64,000 nt of DNA from Octopus bimaculoides (Eukaryota), in contig NC_068997.1 in NCBI RefSeq assembly GCF_001194135.2, positions 55,074,415-55,138,414 on the forward strand. The letters run 5' to 3'. The position numbers were made by a program, and so were the translations under genes. The notes beneath the pieces were generated by a model, which was not told where the DNA came from, searched no databases, and was given only the letters and a program-made list of their open reading frames with translations. Every line of letters starts with the position of its first letter. Within the stretch, counting starts at the first letter, position 1. This document shows positions 13,471 to 27,870 of this stretch, one piece after another.

Positions 13471-14880
13471 AATATACACAGACACTCACACACAAAGTTT
13501 CTAAAATGAAATTAACATTCACGGCTGTTTTGCTCCTTTGTGGAGCATAAAGCCTGAAGTCGTTCACACACACACACACACACACATGTGCATGTCGTCA
13601 TCATCAACGTAGCATGTAGTTTACAAAATAATCAGTCGACTTCATTATTAATGAAAGGGGGAGGTAACTTTTGATGAATAATTCGGAGATGAAAAGTGAT
13701 GGCAAAATTTTGAAATGATTGAAAATGATTGCAAAAAAAAAATAATAAAATAAAACTAAAAATATAAAAAGTGAAAAAGATAAAAGCTGACTAAAGATAA
13801 GTGGTTGTTAATAAATGATTATAAAAAAGAAAAATGGACATTAAGAATGGAGCGGTAAGTTAAATATAAGAACAAAATGTCTCACTACTGGAATTTAATA
13901 TGTGAATTCATGAGAAAGCCAAGAGTTTTGAGAAGAAATAAAAAAATTTTGATGTAATTAGGAAGGTAAATTGGTAAATGCAGGAGTCAATAAATAAGTA
14001 TGGTGTGTAAGGGGACACTTTAATATATAATTCAGCAATTTAATATTGAAAAAAATATAGAAGTTGACATAAAATGCCTTAGTAGTTTTTAAGTTTGGAA
14101 TAATGCAATGGTTTCTCACTTCTCCAATTATCAAGTTAATGTGAACAACAGATGTAAGTATATACATAAATTTCAATTAATTGACATCAAGCTTTGTAAG
14201 TGTCAAGTTTTTCACAGCAATTAAATATTTGCCGCTTCTCTCATTTTTAATCTCTGCTTATTTCCAATCGTTTAGCTTTAACTACTGCTTATCGTTAGTC
14301 ATCTTCTATCTAATCTATCTTTATTCATTTTTATATTTTCCATTCACCAATTTACTTATTCAGCACGGGTTATTTTCACCCCACTCATGAATAACATGCT
14401 CTCCTATCACTGTGCACTTTGCTGTCTTGGGAGTGTTCACCTTAACATACACATTTCACCATTTCCTCTCAATAATAAACTCTTTCCAGCCATTCTTTCA
14501 TTCTTCGTTACAATATACTTCCAATTACAACCTAGACAAGCTCTATACAGGAGGGAAACAAACTGTATATTTGTCACATTCAATTTCTACTGGAAATTCT
14601 TATTTAGTCTGCTAACAAAAAAAATAGCATTCAGTTATTTTTTAGGTTGTGGCTTTCATTATTCCTAAAGAACCAAGAAATTATGCATACATAAATACAA
14701 ACATACGTATGTATATATAGAACGAGGAAGGAAGGGAGGGATAGATAGATAATAAATAGATGATAGATAGATGATAGATAGATAAATAGATAGATAGATA
14801 GATAGATAGATGACTGTATATGTGTGTGTGTATGTGTGAGTAGTGTTAGATCTCATGAGATTAATCTGATGTCGTCTTAC

Positions 14881-14949
14881 AAAGAACCAGGGTTGGGAAT
14901 TGTTCTCTTCAGGATTCTACAGAAGTCTTTTCTTGTGATTAATGTATTT
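14881..14949 (-). CDS. Candidate exon, product unknown (RNTLITRKDFCRILKRTIPNPGSL)
   Basis: tttttttttaactcctag acceptor, ttt|gtaaga donor, 69 nt open in phase 2-2 only. Confidence 0.2.
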
Positions 14950-15531
14950 CTAGGAGTTAAAAAAAAAAGCTGATAAAGAATATGTTTACTAACGAATGAT
15001 TTATGTCTGTCTACCAATCTGTGTTTACATATAACTGCTGTATGTTTGACAGTGCGCATATGTGTATAAAGATACATAAATACCTATGTACATATTATAT
15101 ACTAGCACATGTCTATATATATATATATATGTTTGTCCGTGTATGCACACACACACATGCATACACACACTAACACTGACATATATATATACATGATAGA
15201 AGCAACGCACCATCTCTGGATAGATAATTATGTGGGAAACTTTGGGGTGGGTGTATATATGTGTCCGTGTGTGTGTGTTAGTATGTATGTGTATTCAATA
15301 AACCCACATCTTGGCTACTGTGTAAAGTAGATGCTGCAGTTAAACTGAAACTCTTTTCTCTCTCTGACCAGAGAAACAAGATCAACCTGGCCACAGAGAG
15401 AGGATTAGTTCAGTACTATTTATGGAATATACTGGCATAGATACAACTAAATTAGCCTGCTCTAATTTGCATAAAGGGGAGGCAAAATTTAGTGCTCTTA
15501 TTAATTAAATGGTATATGTGTATATATATTT

Positions 15532-15565
<34 letters not shown>

Positions 15566-15589
15566 TGAGAGAGAGATGATGATGACAAA

Positions 15590-16190
15590 CTTCCACACAG
15601 TGTCTGTACAACAAATTTCCCTCACAAGGCATTGGTCACTTCACACCTACATACAGTGGTATTGAACTCAGAACCTTATGACAGCAAAGCAAATTTCTTC
15701 ACTACACCATTATGCCTACATATTATTTTCTACTCTAAGCACAATACCCGAAATTTTTGGAGAGGGGGAGCCAGTCGATTGGATTGACCCAAGCATGCAA
15801 CTGGTACTTAATTTATGGACCCCAAAAGGATGAAATGCAAAGTCGACCTCGGCGGAATTCAAACTCAGAATGCAAAGACAGATGAAATACCACTAAGCAT
15901 TTCGCCCGGCGTGCTAACGTTTCAGCCAACTCGCTGCCTCAATGATTCTGTCCTTCTGCTGCCTTCATTGCATTAATATATTGGTTTAAAATCCTTTAAG
16001 CACATGACCAGCAATTTTAAGGAAGGAGTTAAGTCAGTAGCATTGATCCTAGAGCTTTACCTTAATCAACCCTGAAAGGATGAAAGGCAAAGTTGATCTG
16101 GGTAGAATGTGAACTCAGAATGTAAAGCTGAATGAAATACTTGCTGAGCAATTCGCCCAGCATGCGAGCAGTTCCGTTAGCTTGCTGCCG
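15590..16190 (-). mobile_element. Cluster of three co-oriented SINEs: A 5' half (about 15590-15715), B (15729-15938), degenerate B (about 16000-16190)
   Basis: Similarity to the other family A and B copies. Confidence 0.85.
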
Positions 16191-17707
16191 TTTATTCATG
16201 GCATGAATATACTGAAATGGAGGGTGTGTGTAGCATTTTAGGCTGAACTGATGTTGAACTAATGCAGTAAGTGAAATGACTCGATTTTAATTAATGAAAG
16301 TTTTGACATTTCATTGAGTGTAAGTGCAAGGTTAGGGTGTTAGTTGTTGTTGCTGCAGGGGTCAGTGAATCTGGAAAGGCTAAGGCGAGAAATTAGATGA
16401 AGATGTCACAATCAACTTGAAGTGTGTTGGATCAAAACCAAAATTCTGAGAATGGTTGGCAATGAAGATGTTATCTGAAGGAACCTTTATTTCCTGTTGT
16501 TAAAATATGATCTCAGGACAAGGCATAGCTTATTAAAGTAGATACCAGAAGCAACCAGAATTGTTAAATGTGTTAGTTTGCAATACAACAAGGAATTATA
16601 TGCAAATGAAGCTAGAATATTCCTGATTTAATGAGACAATTTGATAATTATTTTCTTTGTGGTGAGATGATAATGACAGCAACACTAATAATCATTTATT
16701 TTAACCAACAAAAGCCGCCTGAGTACCTGTGGCTGAATATTTACAAGGTAAATGTTTCAGAGGAAAATCAGAAGAGAAGAGGTGAAATGAAAGGTAAAGA
16801 TGCAAGGAAAAGAGAGAGAGAGAGAGAGAGTAATAGAGAAAGTGGAATGAGAAAATGTAACCACCTACTTGTTGGTTATTCCTTTGTGCTGAGCTTAATG
16901 ACATTGTAAAGTTTTTTTTTTTATTATGACCTACCTAAGAGAGAGGGGAAAGGGGAGAAGAGGTTAGAAAAGGGAGGGAAAGTGAGAGTAAGGTAGGAGG
17001 AGAGAAGGAAATAAAAGTCAGTAGATGCCAGCTGCTGGAGCAGAACTGATCTGCCTTCAAGACAACCAGCTGTTACCCATTTCTGTGTCTGGGTGGGGGT
17101 GGAGACTGTCTTCCTTTCAGAAATCAAACTAATTTCTCAAGTGGGAAACATATTCTTATAGTTGTCTTTATTGTGTTCTCCACTTTTGTCTTTTCCTGCA
17201 TTCAATGTTGTCAGTCATCAGAAGAGGAGCCATGACCAAAAACACAAGAAAAATATTACAAAACAAAAGCATTCCAAGTCCAACTGTGAACTAATTGCAT
17301 CATGGCTGTTCTGTTTTGCGTTTAATCAAGTGTGACAGTAGATATTACTGCTGCCATGGCTACTGCTGCTTCCTGCACACACAAAAAAAAAATTGTCTAA
17401 ACATGTTTATTGACTTCCTTTTTTTAAATTTTATTTTTCCATATGTTAACAGGAATAATATTGATTGCCAAATTTCGATATTTGTCTATGTTTTTGAAAC
17501 AGGAGTCTACATCTTTGATGCTCTTTATACCTCTAACTGGTCAATCACAAAATGAAAATAGTTCCAATGTTCCAGTTAACAACATTCAAATAAAATAATG
17601 GTGTTAATGTTCTGGTTTATGTTGTACTTTCTCCTGTATTTCTAGAAAATAAAATGCAATTCCAGTTAATAATTTCAGTCTCGACTCCTAAGAAATAACA
17701 ACCTTAA

Positions 17708-17899
17708 CTCTTTAGCGTTCAAACCAGCCATATCCAGTTCAACCAGCTTGATCCAGCCTCTCATACCTACCCTACAATGTCATTCTAAAAATAAACAGTT
17801 GCATCATTGAAACCTCATAGCTATGAAATAATGCAGGATTAATTAAAAACAATGCGAAAGAATAAGCATTAAATTTGGCAGAGTAATCTCAACGCTTAA
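17708..17899. mobile_element. piggyBac-type MITE family 1, one end truncated
   Basis: TTAA-ctctttagcgttc start; reverse complement of the 41519-41738 copy; ends at TTAA. Confidence 0.7.
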
Positions 17900-20095
17900 T
17901 CAACAGAACTTTCTCTGTGTGAAAATTCTTCATTTTGAGAAAATTGAAAATGGAAACTTATTCTTGTTAGTATCAGAAATATTGGCAATGTTTGACCAGT
18001 TTAATTTGAATAAGAAAGCACATCACTAAAGGCACTTGAAGAGCCAAGTGATGGGGTTCACTCAGGCTGATGGACTAAGTTCCCTACTATGTAGAGAGAC
18101 TAGAAATCTATTATACATGCAAAATTGTATGATCACACACACACACATTATATACATCGGTGACAGACAAGTATAAGAAGACAGGTTATGCTGGTATGTA
18201 TGATACATATTGATCTACTGAAAACACATTCTAAGCATACATGTACATACATACATACATGCATATGTATGTATGTGCATATATGTATAACAAGAAGAAA
18301 AAATCTGTTGGCTTCATATGGTAAAATTTAAAGTTCTATAAATCTGCTGAAAAGATTTCTACTCCATATTTCGTAAAAACAAAAAAAAGTGCCGGAGTAG
18401 GGGGAGAGAAAAAGTTTTATACAGTCACGAAAATGTGAACTAGAATGGAATCGGGAATAAGAGTGGAGGCAACGGCCTCTGGCAATTCTAAATTTTTTAA
18501 ATTATTATCTTACTTTTGCTATGGATTCTCTCTCTATTTCTCTCTTGATTTTACATATATACATACTTATATATATATATATATATCATCCAAAGTGTTA
18601 TGCAGATGAAACAGGGACTACAGCTTATTGGAAAATATTTTTTTAAGAGATGCCAACAAAGGCAAAATGAAGATTAACATTTAGTTAAAGGCATTCAATA
18701 AAGCAGGTGTGTGTCACTCTGTTAATTGCAATGTTATTGAGTGTGTTAGGTATCTTGTCAGTTATGTATTTAATGTGACTTTATCAAGACACCATTAGGT
18801 TTTATAAGATTTGTTAAAGCTACTTACTACAATAAATCTAATATCTTTAGTCTTCAAAATGAAATATCTAGAAGGAATCTTTACAAAAATAAAAGATATA
18901 CTATTTCAAGTCTCTCAATCTATATCAGATGGCCGTCATTCAAAGATACTTTATCGGCGAATTGTTCTGTTGGTTGTCTTTATTACACTCAGGGTGAGAG
19001 TCATCGAAGAAAGCTTTGAAGAAAAAATAAAAGGCAAATTCTCACATTACTAATGCTCTTTCTCTCTCTTTTTCATTCACTAAAAGAATCATCGATATGA
19101 CACAATCTGATTTCCTCTCCCCTACATATCTACAGTTTTCTGCCTAAATAATCAATACACACACACACACACACACTTGTTTTATTTTAATCTTGCTCAT
19201 TTTACAAGAGGCCTCTTCTTAGTCTTTCTATCAACAACCAAAGATATTTATCCTTCAATATGTTCACTTATTACCATTTACACTTATATTTTATTTCTAT
19301 TTTGGCTTTTATTTTCTTCATTAATTTTCTTTTTACTTCTTGCTATGATCTGTGTGATGTCATAAGGACAGATTTGTTAATACTATGGCCTTCGGTAATG
19401 CATTGCATTATCCTGGGAAGAGGAGAAAAAGTAAAAACCCAACAAAAAGAAAAAAAAACATTGGCTCAGTGCTTTGTCGAGGAAATATGTAATAGATATA
19501 GTGTTTAAGTATTGTTTTGTAGTTTATATTTTAAGTAACTGTCTCAGGACAAGTGTGGTATGTAATATACTTTGTTGGGTTTCTCATGATAAGTCAGTCT
19601 CGTGTATTTATAGCAGCATACACAGCTTCAACTACTTGTGACAATAATTCCAAAGATATTCATGGACAGGCACACACAAGCATAAAAGTCAATGATTCAT
19701 AATGTTCTGACTATTGCAATAGTGATTCCATTATAAATTCTACAAAGTGATATCAAAAACACAGAAAACAACAGCAATAGATTTCAAGCATGTATTGTTG
19801 GCTGTTGGCTGCAATTTATTTTCTCAAGTTAGCTGCTGTAAAATAACCACATAATATGATTGAATAGAGTACAAAAAAATATATTATTGGTACAACAATT
19901 GATTATATTTAACGATTGAAATTTATAAGATAAACTTTTTCATTTCAGTCTTTTTTTTAATTTTATTTTTCTACATCTAATCTGACCACAATGGATTTAC
20001 AAAATTGAGGGAAAAAAAAACAAAACAAAACAGATTCTTATCTTAGAAAATGCAAGAACCATTAACAAAATAATAATAATAATAATGATAATAAT

Positions 20096-20138
<43 letters not shown>

Positions 20139-20283
20139 TAAAGTAGAAATGTTGTAGTTAAAGAATGAATAGAGAGATGAGAGAGTATTTAATTTAATGT
20201 TAGGGAATGGAGAAAAAGATTCTTGGAAATGGAAGATCTGAAGTAAATGATGAGTGTGTGTATATATATAAAAGAATGTGTAT

Positions 20284-20339
<56 letters not shown>

Positions 20340-20525
20340 AAAGAATGTGTGTGTGTGTGTGTGTGTATACATATATATATATAAATGTGTAAGAATATGT
20401 ATGTGCATATATGTGTATATTCTTTTATATGTTGAACTTGTTTTTCAAAATAAATTCCCATTGATTTTGCACCTTTCTGTCAAACCCAGAACTACTTATG
20501 TATGCACGTCTTGGCACACTCATTG

Positions 20526-20566
<41 letters not shown>

Positions 20567-21009
20567 GATCTAAATCAATACTTAAACACTAGAGAAAGTA
20601 TGTATATGTGTGGGTGTACATGCACCTGTATATATAAACATTTTCCAATCTTTAGACACACCTACATCAATAAATAAATACAATGTCTTTGCAAAAAAAC
20701 AATTTTCATATAAAAAATATACAAATACATAATAAATACACATATATACACAAAACACATTATGTACATACAAACATAAACATGCAAAGCAAATATATTG
20801 ACTAATATAAGCATGTGCAAATATATACCTATATAAACATATACAACAAATATACACACATATATACACACACTTATACATACACACACAAAAATATATG
20901 TATACATAAAGTACATAAAAATATGTCTTGTATAGACAAGCTATATACATGTGTGTGTACACTTAAACATCTGTCTATGTATATGCATGTATATATATAC
21001 ATACATATA

Positions 21010-21058
<49 letters not shown>

Positions 21059-21107
21059 GTGTGTGTATGCATATTGTTTATACAAATACAGGCATGGTTG
21101 TGTGGTG

Positions 21108-21450
21108 TGAAGGCTAGTATGCTCTGCTGCATGTGTAATATAAGCGTACATGTTTGACAGAGTTCTAGCGTACTGAGGGAGAAGTTGGGCATAAGAGGAA
21201 TTAAGATACTGTGTGCAAGAGAGAAAGATGACTGCCCTGGTTTGGTCATGTGATGTGGGTGGATGCTGATAGCTCTGTAAAGAAGTGCGGATCTCTCAAA
21301 CTAGATGGAACTTGTGGGAGTGGGAGACCCAGGAAGACATGGGACGAACTACTGAAGGACAGCTGCAGGGTACTGAATGTTTCAGTTGAGATGACAAAAA
21401 GACTGAGATACCTGGCACCTTGCTGTAATCAAGAAGACTCATATTCCACA
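21108..21450 (+). mobile_element. RTE-clade LINE ORF2 3' fragment
   Basis: ASMLCCMCNISVH..LREKLGIRGI..WFGHVMWVDADSSVKKCGSLKLDGTCGSGRPRKTWDELLKD; WFGHV and GRPRKTW are RTE hallmark motifs. Confidence 0.9.
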
Positions 21451-21509
21451 GCAGAAGTGTTAAGGCCAGCCCACCCTTGGGAAAGGACTGGCCTTAAAGG
21501 ATACTGTGC

Positions 21510-21700
21510 TGGTGCCACATAAAAGCACCCATGCTAGTGCCATGTAAAAGTACCTCAGCATACTTTGTAAAGTGGTTGGCATTAAGAAGGGCAAGCAGCC
21601 ATAGAAACCATGCCAAATCAGATAACTGGAGCCTGGTGCAACTCAAACTATCAAACCTATGCCAGCCATGGACAACAGATGTATGACGATGATGATGATA
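21510..21700 (+). mobile_element. SINE 3' half with RTE-type tail
   Basis: gtgccacataaaagcaccc..gtggttggcattaagaagggc..(GAT)n. Confidence 0.8.
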
Positions 21701-21708
21701 TGTACATG

Positions 21709-21776
<68 letters not shown>

Positions 21777-22879
21777 TATATATATATATATTTCTATTTG
21801 AAGAAAAAGCTATATAAAATGTTACTATCAACATTATTTCTCTTTCATTATCAATTTGACACAATTTTTACTTTCTCTTTTAGTTTTTGTTTTGTTCTTT
21901 TTAAGAATTTATTCCTGTGTTTATTAAGATGCCTTCATTTCTACTTTATTCTTTTATATTTCTGCCTCTTGTGTTTCTTTCTTTTCTTTTCTATTCGTTA
22001 TTGACTACATGGGCTGAGATGTTTATTGTTCAGAGTTGTTGCTGTTGTTGTTGTTTTTTGCTGCTGCTGTTTGCAATCTATCATTATAATCCACTGCCAT
22101 CCCCCACCAACTGTTTTCCCCATCCCTTTTCTGTCTGAATGTAGCATTTCTCATTCTTTCTAAACCCGCCCCCATCCTCTTCTTGATTCTCTTGTTTCCA
22201 CCCCCACCCCAATCATTTCTCAACTCCTCCTCTTCCATTTCTTTTACACCCACCAACAACAGCTGCCTTACCCTCTACACATTCTGGTTTGTTCTTAATA
22301 TCTTACACAACAAATATTCCACCAACACCAAACAGAAGCCAACGATAGTGATTCTATGCAAGCCATCAAACCATTACCTCCTATCAGCAGTCGTAATTTC
22401 CTTCATCTAAATTCTTAGTGCCTAATGTGTTACAATTTTATACTCAATGTTCAGAGATAATGGTAAGAAGCTAAGATTAGTTGAATGTAACACTGGTGCT
22501 AATAAAATAACAAGATACTAATAAACTTTGCACATCAGATTTTAAGGCCACAAAACAGTTTCATAGTTAAATGTTAGTCTTTATTGAAAACTGGTGAACA
22601 TGTTGCTAACTTATACATCCTGAATTCACATTCTGTAAAGATGAATTTAATTTCAAAATAAATATCAGAGTTTGAATAAAGAAATAAGAATTTGAAGAAT
22701 CATGGCTTGTGATGTCAAAAGTGGAATAAAGTGACCAACCACAGACAAAAGTTATAAGTACAGGAAGTGACTTTTATGGAAGAAGACACAAGAGATGTTA
22801 TTAAAAGATTTTCCTTCTTTCAGGCTCCCCCTGGTCATTGTTGCGGAACAAAGTTCTTTTCCAGAATATATCTCTTATC

Positions 22880-23300
22880 ACTTAAATTTATTCTCTTCTG
22901 TAAAACTCCAGTTTAAGTGTAAGACAAATTGGGGAATGATTAGAGAGGAATTGAATGCGGTTATGCTGAAATGACGGGTCCTCATGGAAACCCCTCAATT
23001 TATCACAGCTCCAGAGGGAATCAGTCATAAATAATTGGATCTATATCACATCAAGAATAAAGATATTAATTTTAAACATTGGCACAAGACATTTTGTATG
23101 GGGAAAAAAATTACATCGATCATCCTCCAAGGGGCTTATTTTATCAATCTTGGAAAAATGAAGGTCCCTTATGCCCAGCAGGAGATAAATTTCAAGCACC
23201 AAGAGATGTAACAAACCATTGCAATACAGTGCTCCACTGACTTTGCCAGTCACAAAAATAATATTAACAGTGTCAACATAATAACAAAAAAAGAAAAACT
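22880..23300 (-). mobile_element. Possible very old transposon coding remnant (L1-like endonuclease or mariner-like)
   Basis: FLSNHSPICLTLKL resembles the APE SDHxP motif; GKVSGALYCNGLL..LLGIRDLHF weakly resembles a mariner catalytic segment; ambiguous. Confidence 0.25.
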
Positions 23301-23493
23301 TTTTATGTAAGGAATAATTTAAATAAAGTGACTCCAGAGTGTGTAATTTGTCTACTGTTGTGAAACAGTACCTTTCCATGATACCTATTTATAGAGACAT
23401 GAGCTGGTAAATTGGAAAATATTATGTTCCTCTTGGAATATGGCCCACCTATATATGTATGTGTGTGCCTGTATGTGTGTGTATGTGTGTGCA

Positions 23494-23575
<82 letters not shown>

Positions 23576-24380
23576 GTAACCCATCATAAAGTGTGGATTA
23601 ATCCAAAATATACACACTATCTATTTTCCATATGATTAATTAATATTCCCAGAAGAGAACACAATATGTTAACTCAATGAAAAATTTAGTTATCTTTTGT
23701 GATTACCTTCGTTCCATGCTACCGAACTGACTATTTAAAAATGTTCATATTTTAAGATCTCAATGAAGATTTTATAATTATTGTTGTATTTATTGTTTTT
23801 TGTATTCTGTAGCAACCACATAACTGAAGCAGAGCTTCACAAAGACAGATGGTGTTATGTACTTTTATGCTAATTGAATCATGTTTCTGTCTTTTAACTG
23901 TTTATTATTTAAACTGACCATATCCAACCAAAATATCCCACCTGTTTATGCTCAAATTGGCCACATCTGGCATCTCACACCAACCCTACAATATTATTCT
24001 AAATAAAACTTAACAGAATTTGAACTCAGAACGTAAAGATTGATGAACTGTCACTAAGCATTTTGCCTGGCATGCTAACGATTCTGCCAGCTCACCACAT
24101 TAAAGTGACAAGTGCTTGATTCTGTTGGTTTAAAAGGTGTCCTTTTCATAATCATGCATGTATTATGTGGTCGCTAGGGCATACCATTGGCATTAAATAT
24201 AACAATAGCCTTGGATTGTACCAAAATTTTTTTATAAATTTGTTTTGAAGATAAAGTATTTTAAATAAAATTCAAATGAAATTGTAAATGTGACAAATCA
24301 CATATAACTGGAGATAAAAAAAAAAGGAAACATATGAACAGCATAAAGTACAAACAATCAAAGACAAAGAGTAAAGTTAC

Positions 24381-24412
<32 letters not shown>

Positions 24413-25317
24413 TACATGAAAATGAGAGAATAAAGAAGGGAAGAGTGAAAAAAGCAGATGAAATAATNNNNNNNNNNNNNNNNNNNNNNNNNNNNNNNNN
24501 NNNNNNNNNNNNNNNNNNNNNNNNNNNNNNNNNNNNNNNNNNNNNNNNNNNNNNNNNNNNNNNNNNNNNNNNNNNNNNNNNNNNNNNNNNNNNNNNNNNN
24601 NNNNNNNNCATGAAAATGAGAGAATAAAGAAGGGAAGAGTGAAAAAAGCAGATGAAATAATAATAAAGAGTTTATTGAATCCAATTGGTTGGTTATAGGA
24701 ATGAAAATGCCTGTTTAGGTTATGAGGTCCATTAATAACTTGTATTTTCTTGTTCATGATTGTAGCCTCAGTAATTGTTAACACTAATCTCTTTAGAAAA
24801 GGAAAAACTTTGGCAGCAAAAACGAAAAACGATAAGACAGATGATGAGGAAGGCAAAGATTTCTCACAAGAAATATGTGTTTCCATTTTGAATTAATTTA
24901 TAGTTTTTTAAAGAATAATTTTTTTTTATTTTAATGATATGTTACCTCTGTAATGTCTTAATTTGATAACTATTGGAAAGAAGGGGTTTAATTGATAATG
25001 TGTACTCCTCAAGATGGCTAACCCTCTACATCCCCACCACTCTTTCGATAACTTATTTTCTGCAAGCCAAGGCTGTATAGGGTAATACAACCTAGAAATA
25101 GCAAGTAAACTACCCTTGAACCACATGCTTTTCTGTCTTGAATGAAAGACACATTCAATAAAATCAGTGCTAGATATGGATGTATAGAACAAAAAAGATA
25201 GGAAGGCCATGGATGGAATGGCTATGATTATAAATGTGCATGGAGAGGGCTGCTCTGGACTTTGAATAAGAACAACATCAACACCCTCATTTTGCTGTCT
25301 ATTTGACAGCAAAATGA

Positions 25318-25471
25318 GGCTTCTTTCAGTTTCCATCTACCAAATCCGCTCACAAGGCTTTGGTCGGCCCGAGGCTATAGTAGAAGACACTTACCCAAGG
25401 TGCTATGCAGTGGGACTGAACCTGGAACCATGTGGTTGGTAACCAAGCTACTTACCACATAGTCACTCCTG
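25318..25471 (-). mobile_element. SINE A 5' half
   Basis: cttctttcagtttccatctaccaaatccgctcacaaggctttggtcggcccgaggctatagtagaagacactt. Confidence 0.9.
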
Positions 25472-26898
25472 ATGCAGAATATTAATTTAGTGTTTTGAGT
25501 AAAATGATTCAGTCTCATTTCTATTCTCTACACCATCACCATTACCATCAGCATTATTACCACCACCACCACCACCACCACTACTATCATCACCCATTAG
25601 TTTCTCTGTTAAAATAGAAAGACCTACTCAACAATGCTGTTTTTAATATATATATAAAATGATGATCATAAGTTTACCCAATAAGAGTTGACCTTGGGTT
25701 AAACAACACCACAGTCAACAAAAACTACAAACAAACACTAACCAATGAGAGAACCTGACGATGGTTATTTATCTTACAAGAAATCACAACCAAATCTTTT
25801 TCAAATCAGAACTTGACCATCAGGAAGGACACATTGAATATCAGTTTGAGGAAATTATTGGAATGGCCATGGTTAGAATGCTTTTGATCTTTGGTCTGAT
25901 CAATCTGGCTTAACCTGTGGTTAATCACTAACATCAACAACAACTGTTACAGACATTCTCACCAATCATTTCTTTTATTACATGCACCAGTAAAGAGACT
26001 AGTCTCATATGGGTGGGTGGGGGGCAAAGTTTGGCGGAACAAAGGTCAAATGATAGGGCACCGCAATCTTTTAGAAATACATTTAATTAAACAAGAAAAA
26101 GAAAAAAATAAAGAATAATATTACAAAAAAAAAGAAAAATGTTTTGGTATACACTTCTATGTTTTGAAACATGAATGGAAAGTCAAAAGTGAATATCATA
26201 TATAAAATATTGGAAACTTGACTACAATCAAATTAAACTGAAAATACTTTCTCTTTGTATATAGCATTTTTTAGTCCAATAATCTATCTTTGCAGATGAA
26301 AAATTGTATGGTTCAAAAAGATTGTAGTGGAAGAAATCCATGATTTTCAAATTAGATGAGAACTGTCAAAAGCATATACAATGCATTAATAACCTTTGGG
26401 GCTTTAAAACTGGTTCAATTGTAATTATAAAATAACTGTGGTTATATATATGTAGGTGTATAGGTGTGTTCTATGATTGTCTTTTAAGGTTTTGGTGGTT
26501 AACTGTTTGTATAGAAGATGCACTGAAGTAATATGTGTGTGTGACTGTCTGTCTATCTATCTATGAGTGAAGATAGATAGAGAGGTAGAGAGAAGAGAGA
26601 GAGACAGCCAGCCAGACAGACGGCCAGACAGACAGACAGATATGTATGTATATTCTTCATTAAGTGGCTGCAACCAAGATGCCTTTTTCAACCATGCCTT
26701 GCTGGGAATCTCTGCCAGCCATTAGCTTTCAGCATCTACTAAAGCTGATGGGAGACAGGGGTTCATGGGTCAGTCTGTTAAAGGTCATCTCAGCTGGAAG
26801 AAGAAACTAATAATAATGCTGATGGGTATTTGAGGGGAGGGGTAATATATTTGCAATAGGAATGCAAGTATAAAAAACACATCAAATTTTATACAAAC

Positions 26899-26932
<34 letters not shown>

Positions 26933-26934
26933 AA

Positions 26935-27075
26935 AATGCATCATTCGAGTGTGACTGATGCCAGTGCCAGTGACACGTAAAAAGCATCATTTGAGTGTGG
27001 CTAATGCCAGTGCTACCTGACTGGCTCCCATGCCAGCATGGAAAGCAGACGTTAAACGATGACGATGATGACAGT
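26935..27075 (+). mobile_element. Internally deleted SINE family C copy
   Basis: gagtgtggc..tgccagtgctacctgactggctcc joined directly to the catgccagcatggaaagcagacgttaaacgatg tail. Confidence 0.75.
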
Positions 27076-27084
27076 ATATGTATA

Positions 27085-27141
<57 letters not shown>

Positions 27142-27619
27142 ACTGAGTGTCCCTTTCTCCTGTAAACTCTTTCCCACACCAACCACTGATGTTGACACTT
27201 TTTATTTTTGTCACTTTTACTATCCTCACTTACATGCCTCTCACCCCAGTCTCTGTCACTGCATTTTTTTCTTCCCCACACTTCCCACCCTCTCCATTTC
27301 TACTGCCTGATACTTTTGCCCTGACTAACTACCACTTCTCTTACCTGCCCCCACCAAACTGAGATTAACCATTGTCTACATCACCCATGTTCACCATTCA
27401 CTGCATTCATCTTTATCCTCATCTCTATTCTCTGTCTCTCACCTTTCACCTGCATTCTTATTAACCTACCCATCCAGCTGTCCTTGACATTCAGTCCCTA
27501 TTCTCTCTTTATGCCCTTTTTTTGTACCATTTCTACCATCCTTTTTCCCCTTCCTTGCTGGGGCATCTCTCTATGATTTCCTCTGCACAAGACACCTGTT
27601 CCTACCACATTAGCCTCTC

Positions 27620-27870
27620 ACTGTCTGACCCAAAGCCACCTCTCTCAACGCTACACACCCCTCTTGCTGTGCAAGTTACTTGATAACCTCTCTAGTGGTG
27701 TGAGGGAAAAGCAGCCAGTACACACTGCAAAGTGCTTGGCATCAGGAAGGGCATCCAGCCACAAAACCCATGTCAAGGCAGACACTGGAGATAGATGCAG
27801 TCCTCTGGTGCATCAGATCCTGTCCACCTGTATAACCCATGCCAATATGGAACACAGATGTTAAACAATG
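27620..27870 (+). mobile_element. Retroposon 3' end with RTE-type tail, preceded by about 500 nt of CT-rich sequence
   Basis: gcaagttacttg..ggaagggcatccagcc..aacccatgccaatatggaa..gatgttaaac. Confidence 0.65.

Noticed and set aside
24415-24661. Exact duplication of about 53 nt on both sides of the 24468-24608 gap
   Set aside because: Typical unmerged contig overlap, so probably an assembly artefact
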